Notes: a model not told the origin generated them from the letters alone. A stretch of 35,664 nucleotides of DNA from a bacterium (GCA_051008875.1 JBPCXC010000313.1:1-35664); one strand, 5' to 3'; shown: positions 1 through 10,582, numbered from the stretch's first letter. Numbers and translations are program-made.

Positions 1-1
1 C

Positions 2-655
2 GACGTGATCATCTACGACCGCTTGGTCTCGGCGCCAATCCTGCAGCGGCTGCGCGCCGACGCCGAGAAGATCTATGTCGGCAAGCAACGCGCCGATCAT
101 TCGCTCGCGCAACGTGGCATCAACCAACTGCTGATCGATCACGCCCGCGCCGGCAAGCGCGTCGCGCGACTCAAAGGCGGCGACCCGTTCATCTTCGGTC
201 GCGGCGGCGAAGAGATCGAACGCCTCGCCGATGAACGCATCCCGTTCCAAGTCATCCCCGGCATCACCGCCGCCAACGGCTGCGCCAGTTACGCCGGCAT
301 CCCGCTGACCCATCGCGACCACGCGCAGTCGGTGCGCTTCGTCACCGGCCAGTTGCGCGACGGCAGCGTCAATCTCGACTGGCCGTCGCTGGTCGCGCCC
401 GGTCAGACGCTGGTGTTCTACATGAGTTTGAACGGACTGCCGATCATCTCACAGCGCCTGCGCGCCGCCGGCTTGGACGCCGATACGCCGGTCGCGCTGA
501 TCGAAAAAGGCACCACGCCGCAGCAGCGAATCTACACCAGCACGCTCGACCGACTGCACGCCGTACTCGCCGAAAACGAAGTCCACGCGCCGACCATCTT
601 CATCGTCGGCACGGTGGTGTCGCTGCATGATCGACTGAAATGGTATCGAAGTTGA
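2..655 (+). CDS. Uroporphyrin-III C-methyltransferase (SUMT) domain, 5'-truncated by the window edge (CobA, or the C-terminal half of siroheme synthase CysG)
   Basis: The ORF is open from the window edge to the TGA at 653-655. The translation has [21 protein letters not shown] and VIPGITAA, typical of tetrapyrrole methylases. Confidence 0.9.
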   Translation, partial: DVIIYDRLVSAPILQRLRADAEKIYVGKQRADHSLAQRGINQLLIDHARAGKRVARLKGGDPFIFGRGGEEIERLADERIPFQVIPGITAANGCASYAGIPLTHRDHAQSVRFVTGQLRDGSVNLDWPSLVAPGQTLVFYMSLNGLPIISQRLRAAGLDADTPVALIEKGTTPQQRIYTSTLDRLHAVLAENEVHAPTIFIVGTVVSLHDRLKWYRS

Positions 656-659
656 TGCG

Positions 660-2117
660 CTAAAACGGCAACGCCAACTCGGCGCGCGCGGCGTGCAGCA
701 ACTTGCGGAAGCGCGACTGGATGTCTTCGAGTTGCGCTAAGGAGTCGGCTTCGAAGCGCAGGATTAGCGTTGGCGTGGTGTTGGAGGCGCGCGCCAAGCC
801 GAAGCCGTGGGCGAAGTCGGCGCGGATGCCGTCCACGGTGGTGATGTCGGCATCGGCGAAGTCGGCGTCGGCGGGCAATCGGTCGCTGTGTTGAAGTCGG
901 GCGGTGATCTCGGCGATCAGTTGATGCGCTTCGCCTTCGTTCATTTCGACGCGCAGTTCGGGGGTGTTGATCGCGTCGGGCAAGTCGGCGAACACGCTCG
1001 CCGGCGCGCGCGAGTCGGCGGCGAGCAGTTCGCATAGTCGCGCGGCGGCGTACAGCCCGTCGTCGAATCCGCCCCAGCGGTCGTTGAAGAAAATGTGTCC
1101 GCTCATTTCGCCGGCGAGGGCGGCGCCGGTTTCGCGCAGTTTGTTCTTGATGAACGAGTGGCCGGTGCGGCACATCGTGGCGACGCCGCCGTGCGCGCGG
1201 ATGGCGGCCGGCAGCACGCGCGAGCATTTCACATCGAACAGGATCTCGGCGCCGGGCGTGTTGGCGAGGAGGTCTTGCGCGAACAACACCAGTAGGCGGT
1301 CGGGCGAGATGATCGCGTCGTCGCCGTCAACACCTTCACCTTCGCCTTCGGCGATGGCGACCACGCCGAGGCGGTCACCGTCGCCGTCGAAGGCGATGCC
1401 GAAATCGGCCTCGGCGCGTCGCACTTCGGCGATCAACGCGGCGAGATTCTCCGCGCGGCTGGGGTCGGGGTGGTGGTTGGGAAATCGTCCGTCCACTTCG
1501 CAGAACAACTCGACCACTTCGCAGCCGAGCGCGCGGAACAGCCGCGGCGCGATCACGCCGGCGACGCCGTTGCCGCAGTCGATGACGATGCGAAGCGCGC
1601 GCGCGAGTCGGATGTCGTCGAGCACGCTTTGTTGATACGCGGCGATGGCGTCTTCATGACGCAACGCGCCGCGCGCGATCGGGTTCGGCGAGTCGTCGTC
1701 GCGCGAGTCGTCGCGCAAGTCGTCGAGCACGCGTTGTTTGAGTTGTTGGATCGCGTCGTCGCACAAGGTGTCGTCGCCGATCATCATCTTCATGCCGTTG
1801 TATTGCGGCGGGTTGTGGCTGGCGGTGACGACCACGGCGCCGCGCCGGCGCGCCGCGGCGTGATACACCACCGGCGTCGGCGCCATGCCGATGTCGATCG
1901 CGTCGCAGCCGCTGTCGCGCACCCCGCGCGCGACCGCGCGGCCAAGTCGCGCGCCGCTTATGCGTCCGTCGCGGCCGATGACGAACTCGCCGACGCCGCG
2001 CTCGCGCGCCAGCGCGCCGAGCGCGCGGCCGATGCGCCGCGCCAAGTCGTCGTCGAGTTCATCGCCGGCGACGCCGCGGATGTCGTACGCCTTGAAGATG
2101 TGATGCGGGAAGTTCAT
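660..2117 (-). CDS. algC: Phosphomannomutase/phosphoglucomutase (alpha-D-phosphohexomutase, AlgC/ManB type)
   Basis: 485-aa ORF with an FKAYDIRG N-terminus, the phosphoserine loop TASHNPPQYNGMK and the metal loop FDGDGDR. Confidence 0.9.
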   Translation of the reverse strand: MNFPHHIFKAYDIRGVAGDELDDDLARRIGRALGALARERGVGEFVIGRDGRISGARLGRAVARGVRDSGCDAIDIGMAPTPVVYHAAARRRGAVVVTASHNPPQYNGMKMMIGDDTLCDDAIQQLKQRVLDDLRDDSRDDDSPNPIARGALRHEDAIAAYQQSVLDDIRLARALRIVIDCGNGVAGVIAPRLFRALGCEVVELFCEVDGRFPNHHPDPSRAENLAALIAEVRRAEADFGIAFDGDGDRLGVVAIAEGEGEGVDGDDAIISPDRLLVLFAQDLLANTPGAEILFDVKCSRVLPAAIRAHGGVATMCRTGHSFIKNKLRETGAALAGEMSGHIFFNDRWGGFDDGLYAAARLCELLAADSRAPASVFADLPDAINTPELRVEMNEGEAHQLIAEITARLQHSDRLPADADFADADITTVDGIRADFAHGFGLARASNTTPTLILRFEADSLAQLEDIQSRFRKLLHAARAELALPF

Positions 2118-2266
2118 CGAAGTTTCGCGCGGGACGATGCGTTGTTGTGCATCGCGTTCAATCGGCGACGACGGTCATCGCCATCGTCATCGCCATCGCA
2201 AACCGCGACGAAATAAAACGCGCGCGGCGTCGGCGAGCCGTCGCCATCGTGCTTCCGACCGCGCTG

Positions 2267-3718
2267 CTATCGCGCCTTGTGAATCGCCCGTTTGTCCACC
2301 GCCAGCGCGGCTTCGTGCACTGCTTCGGACAGCGTCGGGTGGGCGTGGATGGTGCGCGCGAGGTCTTCGGAACTGGCGTGGTATTCCATCGCCAAGACGC
2401 ATTCGGCGACCAGTTCGGAGGCATGCGGGCCGATCAAATGCGCGCCGAGCAAGCGGTCGGTGTCGGCGTGCGCGATCAACTTGACCATGCCGTGCGGCGA
2501 CTCCATCGCCAACGCGCGGCCGGTGGCGGCGAACGGGAACGCGCCGATGCGAATCGGAATGTCCTGCGCCTTGAGTTGGCGTTCGGTTTGGCCGACCCAA
2601 GCGATCTCCGGGTCGGTGTAGATGACCCACGGCACGGTGTTGAAGTCAACCTGGCCGACGCGGTCGTTGCCGGCCTTGATGCGCTCGGCGACGGCGACGC
2701 CCTCCTCGGAACTTTTATGCGCCAGCATCGGCCCGCGCACCGCGTCGCCGACCGCCCATACATTCTCGGCGGCGGTGCGGCAATGCTGGTTCACTTCGAT
2801 GAAGCCGCGCGCGTCCACGCCGACGCCACTGTCGTCGGCGAGCAAGTCGTCGGTCGCCGGTCGCCGGCCGACGGCGACGATCAGGCGATTGACTTCGATC
2901 TGCTCGGTCGCGCCTTGCCGTTCGTATTCGACTTGCACCGCGCCGGCATGAGTCTTGGTCGCGCGGCGCACCACCGCTTTTTTGACCGATGCGCCGAGGC
3001 GGATGTCGAGTCCTTGTCGCTTGAACTGGCGCGCGGCTTCGCGCGCGATCTGGTGGTCGGCGGCGCCGAGGAACTCGTCGAGCGCCTCGAGAATCACCAC
3101 CTCGGAGCCGAGCCGCCGCCACACGCTGCCGAGTTCCAGCCCGATCACGCCGGCGCCGATCACGCCGAGTTTGCCCGGCGCCGCGTCCAACGCGAGCGCG
3201 CCGGTGGAGTCGATCACCGCGTCGTGGTCGAACGGGATGTCGGACAACTCGATCGGCGTCGAGCCGGGGGCGAGGATGATGTGCCTCGCGGCGATGGTGC
3301 GCGCGTCGGCGCCGGGCGCGGACAACTCCACCGCGCGTCCCTTCAGCAACTTGGCGCGCGCGTGGATCGCGTCCACCTTGTTCGCCTTCAGCAGCATGGC
3401 GACGCCGCCGGTGAGTTTGCCGACGATGCCGTCCTTGCGCGCCATCATCGCGCCGATGTCCACCGACGCGCCCTCGACCGCGATGCCATGCGCCGGGAAC
3501 TCGTGCTGCAAGCGCGCGTAGGCTTCCGACGAATCGAGCAGCGCCTTGGACGGAATGCAACCGACGTTCAAGCAAGCGCCGCCGAACGACGCGCGCCCGT
3601 CGTCGTCGGCGCGTTGGTCAACGCACGCGGTGCTCAGCCCCAACTGCGCGCAGCGAATCGCCGCGACATAGCCGCCGGGTCCGCCGCCGATGACGATGAC
3701 GTCGTATGAATCGGTCAT
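2267..3718 (-). CDS. lpdA: Dihydrolipoyl dehydrogenase (E3)
   Basis: 483 aa. It has the FAD motif VIGGGPGGY, the redox disulfide CLNVGCIPSK and a C-terminal HAHPTLSE. It lies directly downstream of sucA-sucB. Confidence 0.95.
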   Translation of the reverse strand: MTDSYDVIVIGGGPGGYVAAIRCAQLGLSTACVDQRADDDGRASFGGACLNVGCIPSKALLDSSEAYARLQHEFPAHGIAVEGASVDIGAMMARKDGIVGKLTGGVAMLLKANKVDAIHARAKLLKGRAVELSAPGADARTIAARHIILAPGSTPIELSDIPFDHDAVIDSTGALALDAAPGKLGVIGAGVIGLELGSVWRRLGSEVVILEALDEFLGAADHQIAREAARQFKRQGLDIRLGASVKKAVVRRATKTHAGAVQVEYERQGATEQIEVNRLIVAVGRRPATDDLLADDSGVGVDARGFIEVNQHCRTAAENVWAVGDAVRGPMLAHKSSEEGVAVAERIKAGNDRVGQVDFNTVPWVIYTDPEIAWVGQTERQLKAQDIPIRIGAFPFAATGRALAMESPHGMVKLIAHADTDRLLGAHLIGPHASELVAECVLAMEYHASSEDLARTIHAHPTLSEAVHEAALAVDKRAIHKAR

Positions 3719-3793
3719 GCTAACGGCGCGTGACGAGGCGTGGACGCGGATGCGTCGTCGTCATCGAATGATCGTCCTCGTTCGACATTGGCA

Positions 3794-5158
3794 TCACAGT
3801 TGCAGCAGCATCCGCGCCGGGTCTTCGAGCGCTTCCTTGATCGCGACCAGGAAGCCGACCGCTTGCTCGCCGTCGATGATGCGGTGGTCGTACGACAGCG
3901 CGAGATACATCATCGGGCGGATCACCACTTGCCCGTCTTCGGCCATCGGGCGTTGCGCGATTTTGTGCATGCCGAGGATCGCGCTTTGCGGCGGGTTGAT
4001 GATCGGCGTCGAAAGCAGCGAGCCGAACACGCCGCCGTTGGTGATGGTGAAGGTGCCGCCGGCTAAGTCGTCGAGACCGAGTTTGCCGTCTCGCGCGCGC
4101 GTGCCGAAGTCGCGCACGCGGGTTTCGATTTCGGCTAAGCCGAGTCGTTCGCAGTCGCGCAGCACCGGCACCACCAAGCCGCGCGGCGACGACACCGCGA
4201 TGCCGATGTCGATGTAGTTCGGGCGCACGATGTCGGCGCCGTCGATGTGCGCGTTGACCGTCGGGTATTTGCGCAGCGCGGCGACGCTCGCCTTGGTGAA
4301 GAACGACATCAGCCCGAGTTTGGTGCCGTGCGCCTGCTCGAACTCGTCCTTGTGGCGCGCGCGCAGGTCGGTCACCGGCTGCATGTTGACTTCGTTGAAG
4401 GTGGTCAGCAACGCCGCGGTCTGCTGCGCTTGCACCAAACGTTTGGCGACGGTTTGACGCAAGCGACTCATCGGCTCGCGGGATTCGGTGCGGGGCTCGG
4501 TTGACGGCGATGTTGGTGTTGGCGACGGTGTTGGTGTTGGTGTTGGTGTCGGCGCGGGCGTCGGTGCCGGTATCGACGTCGGCGCGGGCGTCGGTGCCGG
4601 TATCGACGTCGGCGCGGCGGGTTGTTCGGCGGGCGCGGGCGGCTCCGCTGGCGCGGCTTCGTCCGCCACGTCCGCCTCGTCCGGCGCGACTTGATTGCCG
4701 ATGAAGGCGATCACGTCCTCCTTGGTGACGCGCCCGCCCGGTCCGCTGCCGATGATGTCCGACACCGTCAAGCCGTGCTCCTCGACCATCCGCCGCGCCG
4801 CCGGACTGAGCACGCCGTCGCCGTTGTCGTTCGCGTCGTCGTCGTCGCCGCCGCCGTCGTCATTCGCGTCGCCGTCGTTCGCCGCATCATCGCTCGCCGT
4901 CGCTTCCTTCGCGTCGCCGCCGCCGGCTTCGAACTTCGCCAGCGCTTGGCCGGCGGTGACGGTGGCGCCGCTTTGCTGCAGGATTTCGGTCAGCGCGCCG
5001 TCGGCGGGCGCGGTCACCTCAAGCACGATTTTGTCGGTCTCCACTTCGACCAAAATCTCATCGCGCGCGACGCGTTCGCCGACTTGCTTCTTCCAGTCCA
5101 GCAGCAGCGCATCGGCGACCGATTCGGGCAGGACGGGGACGGTGATTTCTGTCGGCAT
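3794..5158 (-). CDS. sucB: Dihydrolipoamide succinyltransferase (E2 of 2-oxoglutarate dehydrogenase)
   Basis: It has a lipoyl domain ([11 protein letters not shown]), a subunit-binding domain ([13 protein letters not shown]...[11 protein letters not shown]) and a catalytic SYDHRIIDG. It starts 20 nt after the sucA stop. Confidence 0.95.
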   Translation of the reverse strand: MPTEITVPVLPESVADALLLDWKKQVGERVARDEILVEVETDKIVLEVTAPADGALTEILQQSGATVTAGQALAKFEAGGGDAKEATASDDAANDGDANDDGGGDDDDANDNGDGVLSPAARRMVEEHGLTVSDIIGSGPGGRVTKEDVIAFIGNQVAPDEADVADEAAPAEPPAPAEQPAAPTSIPAPTPAPTSIPAPTPAPTPTPTPTPSPTPTSPSTEPRTESREPMSRLRQTVAKRLVQAQQTAALLTTFNEVNMQPVTDLRARHKDEFEQAHGTKLGLMSFFTKASVAALRKYPTVNAHIDGADIVRPNYIDIGIAVSSPRGLVVPVLRDCERLGLAEIETRVRDFGTRARDGKLGLDDLAGGTFTITNGGVFGSLLSTPIINPPQSAILGMHKIAQRPMAEDGQVVIRPMMYLALSYDHRIIDGEQAVGFLVAIKEALEDPARMLLQL

Positions 5159-5178
5159 GATGATGATCCGGTTGCGGG

Positions 5179-7956
5179 TTACGAAGTCGGCGCGAGGGCT
5201 TGGTCGACCAGTTCCTGTTGCTGCTGCAAGTGCAGTTTATAGTAGCCGACCGCCGGCGACGGCGACGCCTCGCGGCCGACATAGCGCAGCGTCTGCTGCG
5301 CGCTCAGGCGCGCTTGCAAGTAGTGATCGATTTGATACCATGCGCCTTGGTTCTTCGGCTCCTCTTGGCACCACACCACTTCTGTTGCGTGCGGATATTT
5401 TTCCATCTCTGCCGCCAAGTCGCGCGTCGGGAACGGATGCAACTGCTCGATGCGAACCAGCGCGATGTCGGCGATGCCGCGCTCGCGGCGCGCTTCGAGC
5501 AAGTCGTAGTACACCTTGCCGGCGCACAGCACGACGCGCTTGACCGACTGCGGCGCGATGGCATCGGTGGCATCGGTCTCGTTAATCACGGTGTGGAACT
5601 TGCCGGCGCTCAAGTCCTGCGGCGTCGAGGTCGCGAGTTTATGGCGCAGCAAACTCTTCGGCGTCATCACCACCAGCGGTCGGCGCAGCGGACGGATGAT
5701 CTGCCGGCGCAGCATGTGGAACATCTGCGCCGGCGTAGTCGGCACGCAGACCTGCATGTTCTGCTCGGCGCATAGTTGCAGGAATCGTTCGAGGCGCGCC
5801 GACGAATGCTCCGGTCCTTGCCCTTCCATGCCGTGCGGCAAAAACAAAGTGAGTCCGCAGACGCGCGCCCACTTCGCCTGACCGCTGCTGATGAACTGAT
5901 CGATCACCACCTGCGCGCCGTTGACGAAGTCGCCGAACTGCCCCTCCCAGATCACCAGCGTGCGCGGCTCGGTGGTGGCGTAGCCGTATTCGAACGCCAG
6001 CACCGCCTCCTCCGACAGCAGCGAGTTGATCACCAAGTACTTGCCGTGCTCGTCGCCGTCGCCGTCGCCGAGATGCTGCAGCGGGATGTGCGTGCGCGCG
6101 CGCGACTGGTCGTGCAAGGTGACATGGCGATGCGAGAAGGTGCCGCGCCCGGCGTCCTGGCCGGACAGGCGCACGTCGTAGCCGTCGGCGAGGATGCTGG
6201 CGTAGGCGAGTATTTCGGCGCAGCCCCAGTCCATCAGTTTGTCGCCGCTGGCCATCGCGACGCGCTCGTCGAGCACTTTGCGCACGCGCGGATGCACGAC
6301 GAAATCGTCCGGCACCGCGGTCAGTTTGCGCGCCAGTCGCGGCAACTCCGCCGCGTCCACCGAAGTGTCGGTGCCGTCGTCCCAGTCGTTGCCGAGGTAC
6401 GGCGACCAGTCGACGATCATCAGCGCCTTGTTCGGGTCGATCACCTGGCCGGCGACGACTTGGCCGTGGTCGAGTTGATCGCGGTAGGTGTCGACCGCGC
6501 CCTGCACCTGCGCGGCGTCGATCACGCCGTCGTCGATCAGGCGCTCGGCGTAGATCTGGCGCGGCGTCTTGTGCGCCTTGATGCTCTTGTACATCATCGG
6601 CTGGGTGACGCTCGGCTCGTCCGCTTCGTTGTGGCCGTGGCGGCGATAGCAGACGATGTCGAGGATCGCGTCGTTGCCGAACTCCATGCGATAGTCCATC
6701 GCCAGCCGCGCCGCCTGCTGGGTCGCCTCGGGGTCGTCGCCGTTTACATGGAAGGTCGGCGCCAGCACCATCTTCGCCACTTCGGTGCAGTATTGAGTCG
6801 ATCTCGCGTCGAGCGTGTTGGTGGTGAAGCCGATCTGGTTGTTGATGATCACATGGATGGTGCCGCCGACCGAGTAGCCGCGCGTGCGCGACATGTTCAG
6901 CGTCTCCATCACCACGCCCTGGCCGGCGAAGGCGGCGTCGCCGTGGATCAGGATCGGCACCACCTGCTTGCGCGCGTGGTCGCCGCGCCGCTCCTGGCGC
7001 GCGCGCGCCGAGCCCTCGACCACCGGATCGATGATCTCCAGATGCGACGGGTTGAACGCCAGCGCGACGTGCACGATGCCGCCGGGGGTGTCGATGTCGG
7101 ACGACACGCCTTGGTGGTATTTGACGTCGCCGGTCTGGTTGTCGCCGTCGGCGAACTCGTACTTGCCCTCGAACTCGTCGAACAACTCCTTCGGCGCCTT
7201 GCCGAGGATGTTGACCAGCACATTCAATCGCCCGCGATGCGCCATGCCGATGATGACTTCGCGCACCGACTGCGCGCCGAAGCGTTGGATCAAGTCGGCG
7301 AGGATCGGCACCAGCGCGTCGCCGCCCTCAAGCGAGAATCGCTTTTGGCCGACGTACTTGGTGTGCAGGTACTTCTCCAAGCCGTCGGCGGCGGTCAGTT
7401 TGTGCAGCAGCGCGATGCGCTCGGCCGGCGCGAGGCGCGGGCGCACCGGCTCGGTCTCGATGCGCGCGCGCAGCCATTCGCGCTGGCGCAGCGAAGTCAG
7501 ATGCTCGATCTCGTAGCCGATCGGCCCGCAATACACCGCGCGCAAGTACTCGACCAGCCGGCGCAGCGGCATGCGTCCGCCGCATCCTAAGTCGCCGACG
7601 TCGAACTCGGTGTCGAGGTCGCTCGGCTCGAGGCCGAAACTCTCGATGTCGATGGCGCCGGCGTCGGCGCGCGTCATCACGCCGATCGGATCGATCTGCG
7701 CGTATAGATGACCGAGCGAGCGATACGCCGAGATCATCCGCGACACTTGCGCCTGCTTGTGGATCGAATGCTCGAACCACGCCGACGAAGCGTCGCCGCG
7801 CGCCGCGCCGTCGGCGTCCGGCAGCGCGCCGAAGATTCGCTCCCATTCGCCATTGCCCGCCGCATCGCCGCGCGCCTGCGCGGTCTCGCGATACAGCGAT
7901 TCGAGATAGGCCAGATTGCCGCCGTGCAGGAATGCGGGGTCAGCGGATTTCGTCAT
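5179..7956 (-). CDS. sucA: 2-oxoglutarate dehydrogenase E1 component
   Basis: 925-aa ORF with [11 protein letters not shown] and [12 protein letters not shown] motifs, in sucA-sucB-lpd order. Confidence 0.95.
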   Translation of the reverse strand: MTKSADPAFLHGGNLAYLESLYRETAQARGDAAGNGEWERIFGALPDADGAARGDASSAWFEHSIHKQAQVSRMISAYRSLGHLYAQIDPIGVMTRADAGAIDIESFGLEPSDLDTEFDVGDLGCGGRMPLRRLVEYLRAVYCGPIGYEIEHLTSLRQREWLRARIETEPVRPRLAPAERIALLHKLTAADGLEKYLHTKYVGQKRFSLEGGDALVPILADLIQRFGAQSVREVIIGMAHRGRLNVLVNILGKAPKELFDEFEGKYEFADGDNQTGDVKYHQGVSSDIDTPGGIVHVALAFNPSHLEIIDPVVEGSARARQERRGDHARKQVVPILIHGDAAFAGQGVVMETLNMSRTRGYSVGGTIHVIINNQIGFTTNTLDARSTQYCTEVAKMVLAPTFHVNGDDPEATQQAARLAMDYRMEFGNDAILDIVCYRRHGHNEADEPSVTQPMMYKSIKAHKTPRQIYAERLIDDGVIDAAQVQGAVDTYRDQLDHGQVVAGQVIDPNKALMIVDWSPYLGNDWDDGTDTSVDAAELPRLARKLTAVPDDFVVHPRVRKVLDERVAMASGDKLMDWGCAEILAYASILADGYDVRLSGQDAGRGTFSHRHVTLHDQSRARTHIPLQHLGDGDGDEHGKYLVINSLLSEEAVLAFEYGYATTEPRTLVIWEGQFGDFVNGAQVVIDQFISSGQAKWARVCGLTLFLPHGMEGQGPEHSSARLERFLQLCAEQNMQVCVPTTPAQMFHMLRRQIIRPLRRPLVVMTPKSLLRHKLATSTPQDLSAGKFHTVINETDATDAIAPQSVKRVVLCAGKVYYDLLEARRERGIADIALVRIEQLHPFPTRDLAAEMEKYPHATEVVWCQEEPKNQGAWYQIDHYLQARLSAQQTLRYVGREASPSPAVGYYKLHLQQQQELVDQALAPTS

Positions 7957-7999
7957 CGTTCAAGTCAGTCGGTCGCGCACGAACTGCGCGCGTGGGCGG

Positions 8000-8008
8000 A
8001 TTGTAGCA
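8000..8008 (-). promoter_or_regulatory. Putative extended -10 box TGCTACAAT upstream of sucA
   Basis: The plus strand reads attgtagca, which is TGCTACAAT on the minus strand, about 44 nt upstream of the sucA ATG. The same 9-mer class recurs upstream of other genes here. I saw no good -35. Confidence 0.35.
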
Positions 8009-8084
8009 AAACGCGCCACGCCAGTTTCGCCGATGAGTGTACAATGCGCCGAGTGGAAGCGGTGACGCAACGCTCGCAGCTGGC

Positions 8085-8167
8085 GCAATCGTCACCGTCA
8101 CCGTCACCGCCGTCGTCATCGCCGTCGTCACCGTCACCATCATCGCCACCGTCACCGCCACCGCCAC
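8085..8167. repeat. Triplet-periodic low-complexity tract (GTCACC/GCCACC/GTCATC units)
   Basis: This is a run of gtcaccgtcaccgtcaccgccgtcgtcatcgcc... in the sucA-moeB intergenic region. A similar tract lies at 8380-8425 on the other side of the mosaic element. Confidence 0.8.
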
Positions 8168-8379
8168 TACCGTCTTTGCGCGTATCGTCCCTGATACGCG
8201 CCCTTCGGGCTCGCTTGCGCTCGCGAAAAAACACTCCGGGCGTTTTTTCGCGCAGTCTTTAAGCGGGAATCTCTTTTCCCTTTTCCAGCATTGCCGCAGC
8301 GTTTAGACTGCCATCCGTGGCGACTGGATTCCCCGCATCCGTGCGGGAATGACGGCGGGAAGATTTTTCCTTTTGCAGC
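8168..8379. repeat. Intergenic mosaic repeat element, locus A (T module, half-hairpin, W module, inverted ATTCCC-N-GGGAAT hairpin)
   Basis: The T module GCGCGTATCGTCCCTGATACGCGCCCTTCGGGCTCGCTTGCGCTCGCGAAAAAACACTCCGGGCGTTTTTTCGCG spans 8178-8252. The hairpin ATTCCCCGCATCCGTGCGGGAAT spans 8328-8350. Near-identical modules occur at 15184, 26411 and 31650. Confidence 0.85.
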
Positions 8380-8433
8380 CACCGCCACCGCCACCATCAC
8401 CGTCACCGCCATGCTCACCACCACCCGCCGATT

Positions 8434-9174
8434 ATGACGCAGACCGACTTCGCCGAGCGTTACAGCCGTCAGATTCGCTTGGCGCAAGTCGGCGAGGGCG
8501 GGCAACTTCGGTTGCGCGACGCCAGCGCGTTGATCGTCGGCGTCGGCGGGCTCGGCTCGCCGGCGGCGTTGTATCTCGCCGCCGCCGGGGTCGGGCGGCT
8601 GGTGCTGGCGGACTTCGACCGCGTCGAGGAATCCAACCTGCAGCGGCAGATCGCGCATCGCCACGCCGACATCGGCGAACTCAAGACCGCGTCCGCCGCC
8701 AACGCGCTGCGCGCGCTCAACCCGGCGGTAGAGGTGGCGACGCTCGACCACGTGCTCGACGCCGACGACTTCGCCGCCGCCGCCGAGGGCGTCGACATTC
8801 TGCTCGACTGCAGCGACAACTTCGAGACCCGCTTCGCGCTCAACCGCGCCGCGCTGCGCACCGCCACCCCGCTGGTCTGCGCCGCCGCGATTCGTTTCGA
8901 AGGGCAAGTCACCGCGTTCGACCCGCGCCGCGCCGACAGCCCGTGCTATCAATGCCTCTATCCCGACGAGCACATCCAAGCCGCCACCTGCGAAGCCGAA
9001 GGCGTGATCGCCCCGCTGGTCGGCGTGCTCGGCGCGATGCAGGCGATGGAGGCGGTCAACATCCTGCTCGGCGACGGCAGATTGCCCGGCGCGGTGTGGC
9101 TGTTCGACGCGCAAGCGATGGAATGGCAACGGATGCGCTTGCCGAAAAACCCGAACTGCCCGGCGTGCGGGTGA
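8434..9174 (+). CDS. moeB: ThiF/MoeB-family adenylyltransferase, probably molybdopterin-synthase adenylyltransferase
   Basis: 246 aa with YSRQIRL, the Rossmann motif GVGGLGSPAALYLAAAGVG, and two CxxC pairs (CYQC, CPAC). Confidence 0.8.
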   Translation: MTQTDFAERYSRQIRLAQVGEGGQLRLRDASALIVGVGGLGSPAALYLAAAGVGRLVLADFDRVEESNLQRQIAHRHADIGELKTASAANALRALNPAVEVATLDHVLDADDFAAAAEGVDILLDCSDNFETRFALNRAALRTATPLVCAAAIRFEGQVTAFDPRRADSPCYQCLYPDEHIQAATCEAEGVIAPLVGVLGAMQAMEAVNILLGDGRLPGAVWLFDAQAMEWQRMRLPKNPNCPACG

Positions 9175-9196
9175 CGGCGACGACGATGACGACTCG

Positions 9197-9814
9197 CTAC
9201 GCCGCGGCGAGTTGTCGCCACAGGATGTGGGCGGCGAGGGCGATCAGCAGCGCGCCGAACAGCGTGTCGATTCCGCGTTGCTTCGGGCGCAGGCGGTGCA
9301 GCACGCGCGGCGACGACAGCGCGATGCTCATGCCGATATAGACCAGCGCGTCGATGCCGCCGGCGAGCAGCACCATCAGCGCCTTTTCGGCGAGCGTGGT
9401 GGCGGCGTCGAGGAACTGGCTGAACACCACCAGGAAGAACAACGCCACTTTGGGATTCAACAGCGCGACGCCGAAGCCGTCGAGCAACGCCCGCCGCGCG
9501 CCGACCTCGGTGCCGCCGGCGTCATCGCCGCGGCGCATGCGCAGCAACTTGACGCCGAGATAGAGCAAGAACGCCGCGCCCGCCAACTGCACGACTTGAA
9601 ACAGCAACGGCGACGCCGCGATCAACAACGCCAGCCCGGAGACCACCGACAGCGCATACAACGCGACGCCGAAGCCGTGCGACAGCGAGGCGACGATGCC
9701 GGCGCGCCGCCCGTCGCCGAGCGTATGCGCGCTGACCACCGCCAGACTCGGCCCCGGCGACATCGCCCCGAGCAGGCAAATGCCGGCGAGCGATAACCAT
9801 TCGATCGGAGTCAT
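9197..9814 (-). CDS. LysE/RhtB-family amino-acid exporter
   Basis: 205-aa polytopic membrane ORF with the family-typical N-terminus ...GAMSPGPSLAVV. Confidence 0.8.
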   Translation of the reverse strand: MTPIEWLSLAGICLLGAMSPGPSLAVVSAHTLGDGRRAGIVASLSHGFGVALYALSVVSGLALLIAASPLLFQVVQLAGAAFLLYLGVKLLRMRRGDDAGGTEVGARRALLDGFGVALLNPKVALFFLVVFSQFLDAATTLAEKALMVLLAGGIDALVYIGMSIALSSPRVLHRLRPKQRGIDTLFGALLIALAAHILWRQLAAA

Positions 9815-9838
9815 CGCGTGGGTTGCGGCGGCGGCGGC

Positions 9839-9940
9839 GGACGAAGCAACGGACGAATCGACGACGGCGGCGATGGACGAAGCGGCGGACGAAGCGACGA
9901 CGGCGGCGGCGGACGAAGCAATGGTGGCGACGGACGAAGC
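9839..9940. repeat. Six copies of GGACGAAKC spaced by multiples of 3 nt (intergenic, triplet-periodic)
   Basis: Copies start at 9839, 9851, 9875, 9887, 9911 and 9932, giving spacings of 12, 24, 12, 24 and 21 nt. The tract lies between the lysE-family start and the cysC stop. Confidence 0.8.
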
Positions 9941-9947
9941 GGCGCGA

Positions 9948-10568
9948 TCAATCGCTGCGCACGATGCCGCGCGCTTCGAGCAGCGCGGCGACTTCGGCGA
10001 CGCATTGCTGCAAGTCCTTTTCGCCGGTCTTCACCACCAAGTCCGGGTTTTGCGGGGTTTGGTAGGGCGAGGAGATGCCGGTGAAGTCGGCGATCTCGCC
10101 TTTGCGCGCGCGCTGGTATAGGCCTTTGATGTCGCGTTGCTCGCAGATTTCAAGCGGGCAGTCGCAGAAGATCTCGATGAAGTCGTCGGGGTGATCGACC
10201 ATCATCCGCACCCGGCGGCGGTCGGCGCGGAACGGCGAGATGAACGCGGTCAGCGCGATCGCGCCGCTTTCGACGAACAACTTCGCCATCTGCCCGATGC
10301 GGCGGATGTTCTCGGCGCGGTCGGACTCGGAGAAGCCGAGATCGCCGCACAAGCCGTGGCGGACGTTGTCGCCGTCGCACACGAAGGTGCGGCAGCCGCG
10401 TTGGTGCAGCGCCTCCTCGAGCGCATGCGCGAGGGTTGATTTGCCGCTGCCGGAGAGGCCGGTGAACCATAGGATCGCGCCGCGATGGCGGTTCATCCGC
10501 TCGCGCCGGCGGCGGGTCACGGTGGCGTGATGCCACACGGTGTTGGCGGACTTGGGCGGGGCGTTCAT
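9948..10568 (-). CDS. cysC: Adenylyl-sulfate (APS) kinase
   Basis: It has the P-loop WFTGLSGSGKST and DGDNVRHGL, and matches the E. coli CysC sequence as I recall it from the MNAPPKSANTVWHH start onward. The longer track ORF (to 10616) overlaps the tRNA, so I used the ATG at 10568. Confidence 0.92.
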   Translation of the reverse strand: MNAPPKSANTVWHHATVTRRRRERMNRHRGAILWFTGLSGSGKSTLAHALEEALHQRGCRTFVCDGDNVRHGLCGDLGFSESDRAENIRRIGQMAKLFVESGAIALTAFISPFRADRRRVRMMVDHPDDFIEIFCDCPLEICEQRDIKGLYQRARKGEIADFTGISSPYQTPQNPDLVVKTGEKDLQQCVAEVAALLEARGIVRSD

Positions 10569-10582
10569 GGCTGCGCTAAGAA

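Noticed and set aside
2195-2266. A Rho-independent terminator after lpdA (a GC-rich segment followed by TTTTATTT on the minus strand).
   Set aside because: I could not draw a stable hairpin of convincing length directly preceding the T-tract. Several weak alternative pairings exist, so it is not reported as a feature.
9811-10005. A 64-aa Pro/Arg-rich ORF whose TGA overlaps the lysE-family ATG (an ATGA overlap).
   Set aside because: It is pure low-complexity translation of the triplet repeat tract and overlaps the cysC 3' end. The overlap with the start codon is probably coincidental.
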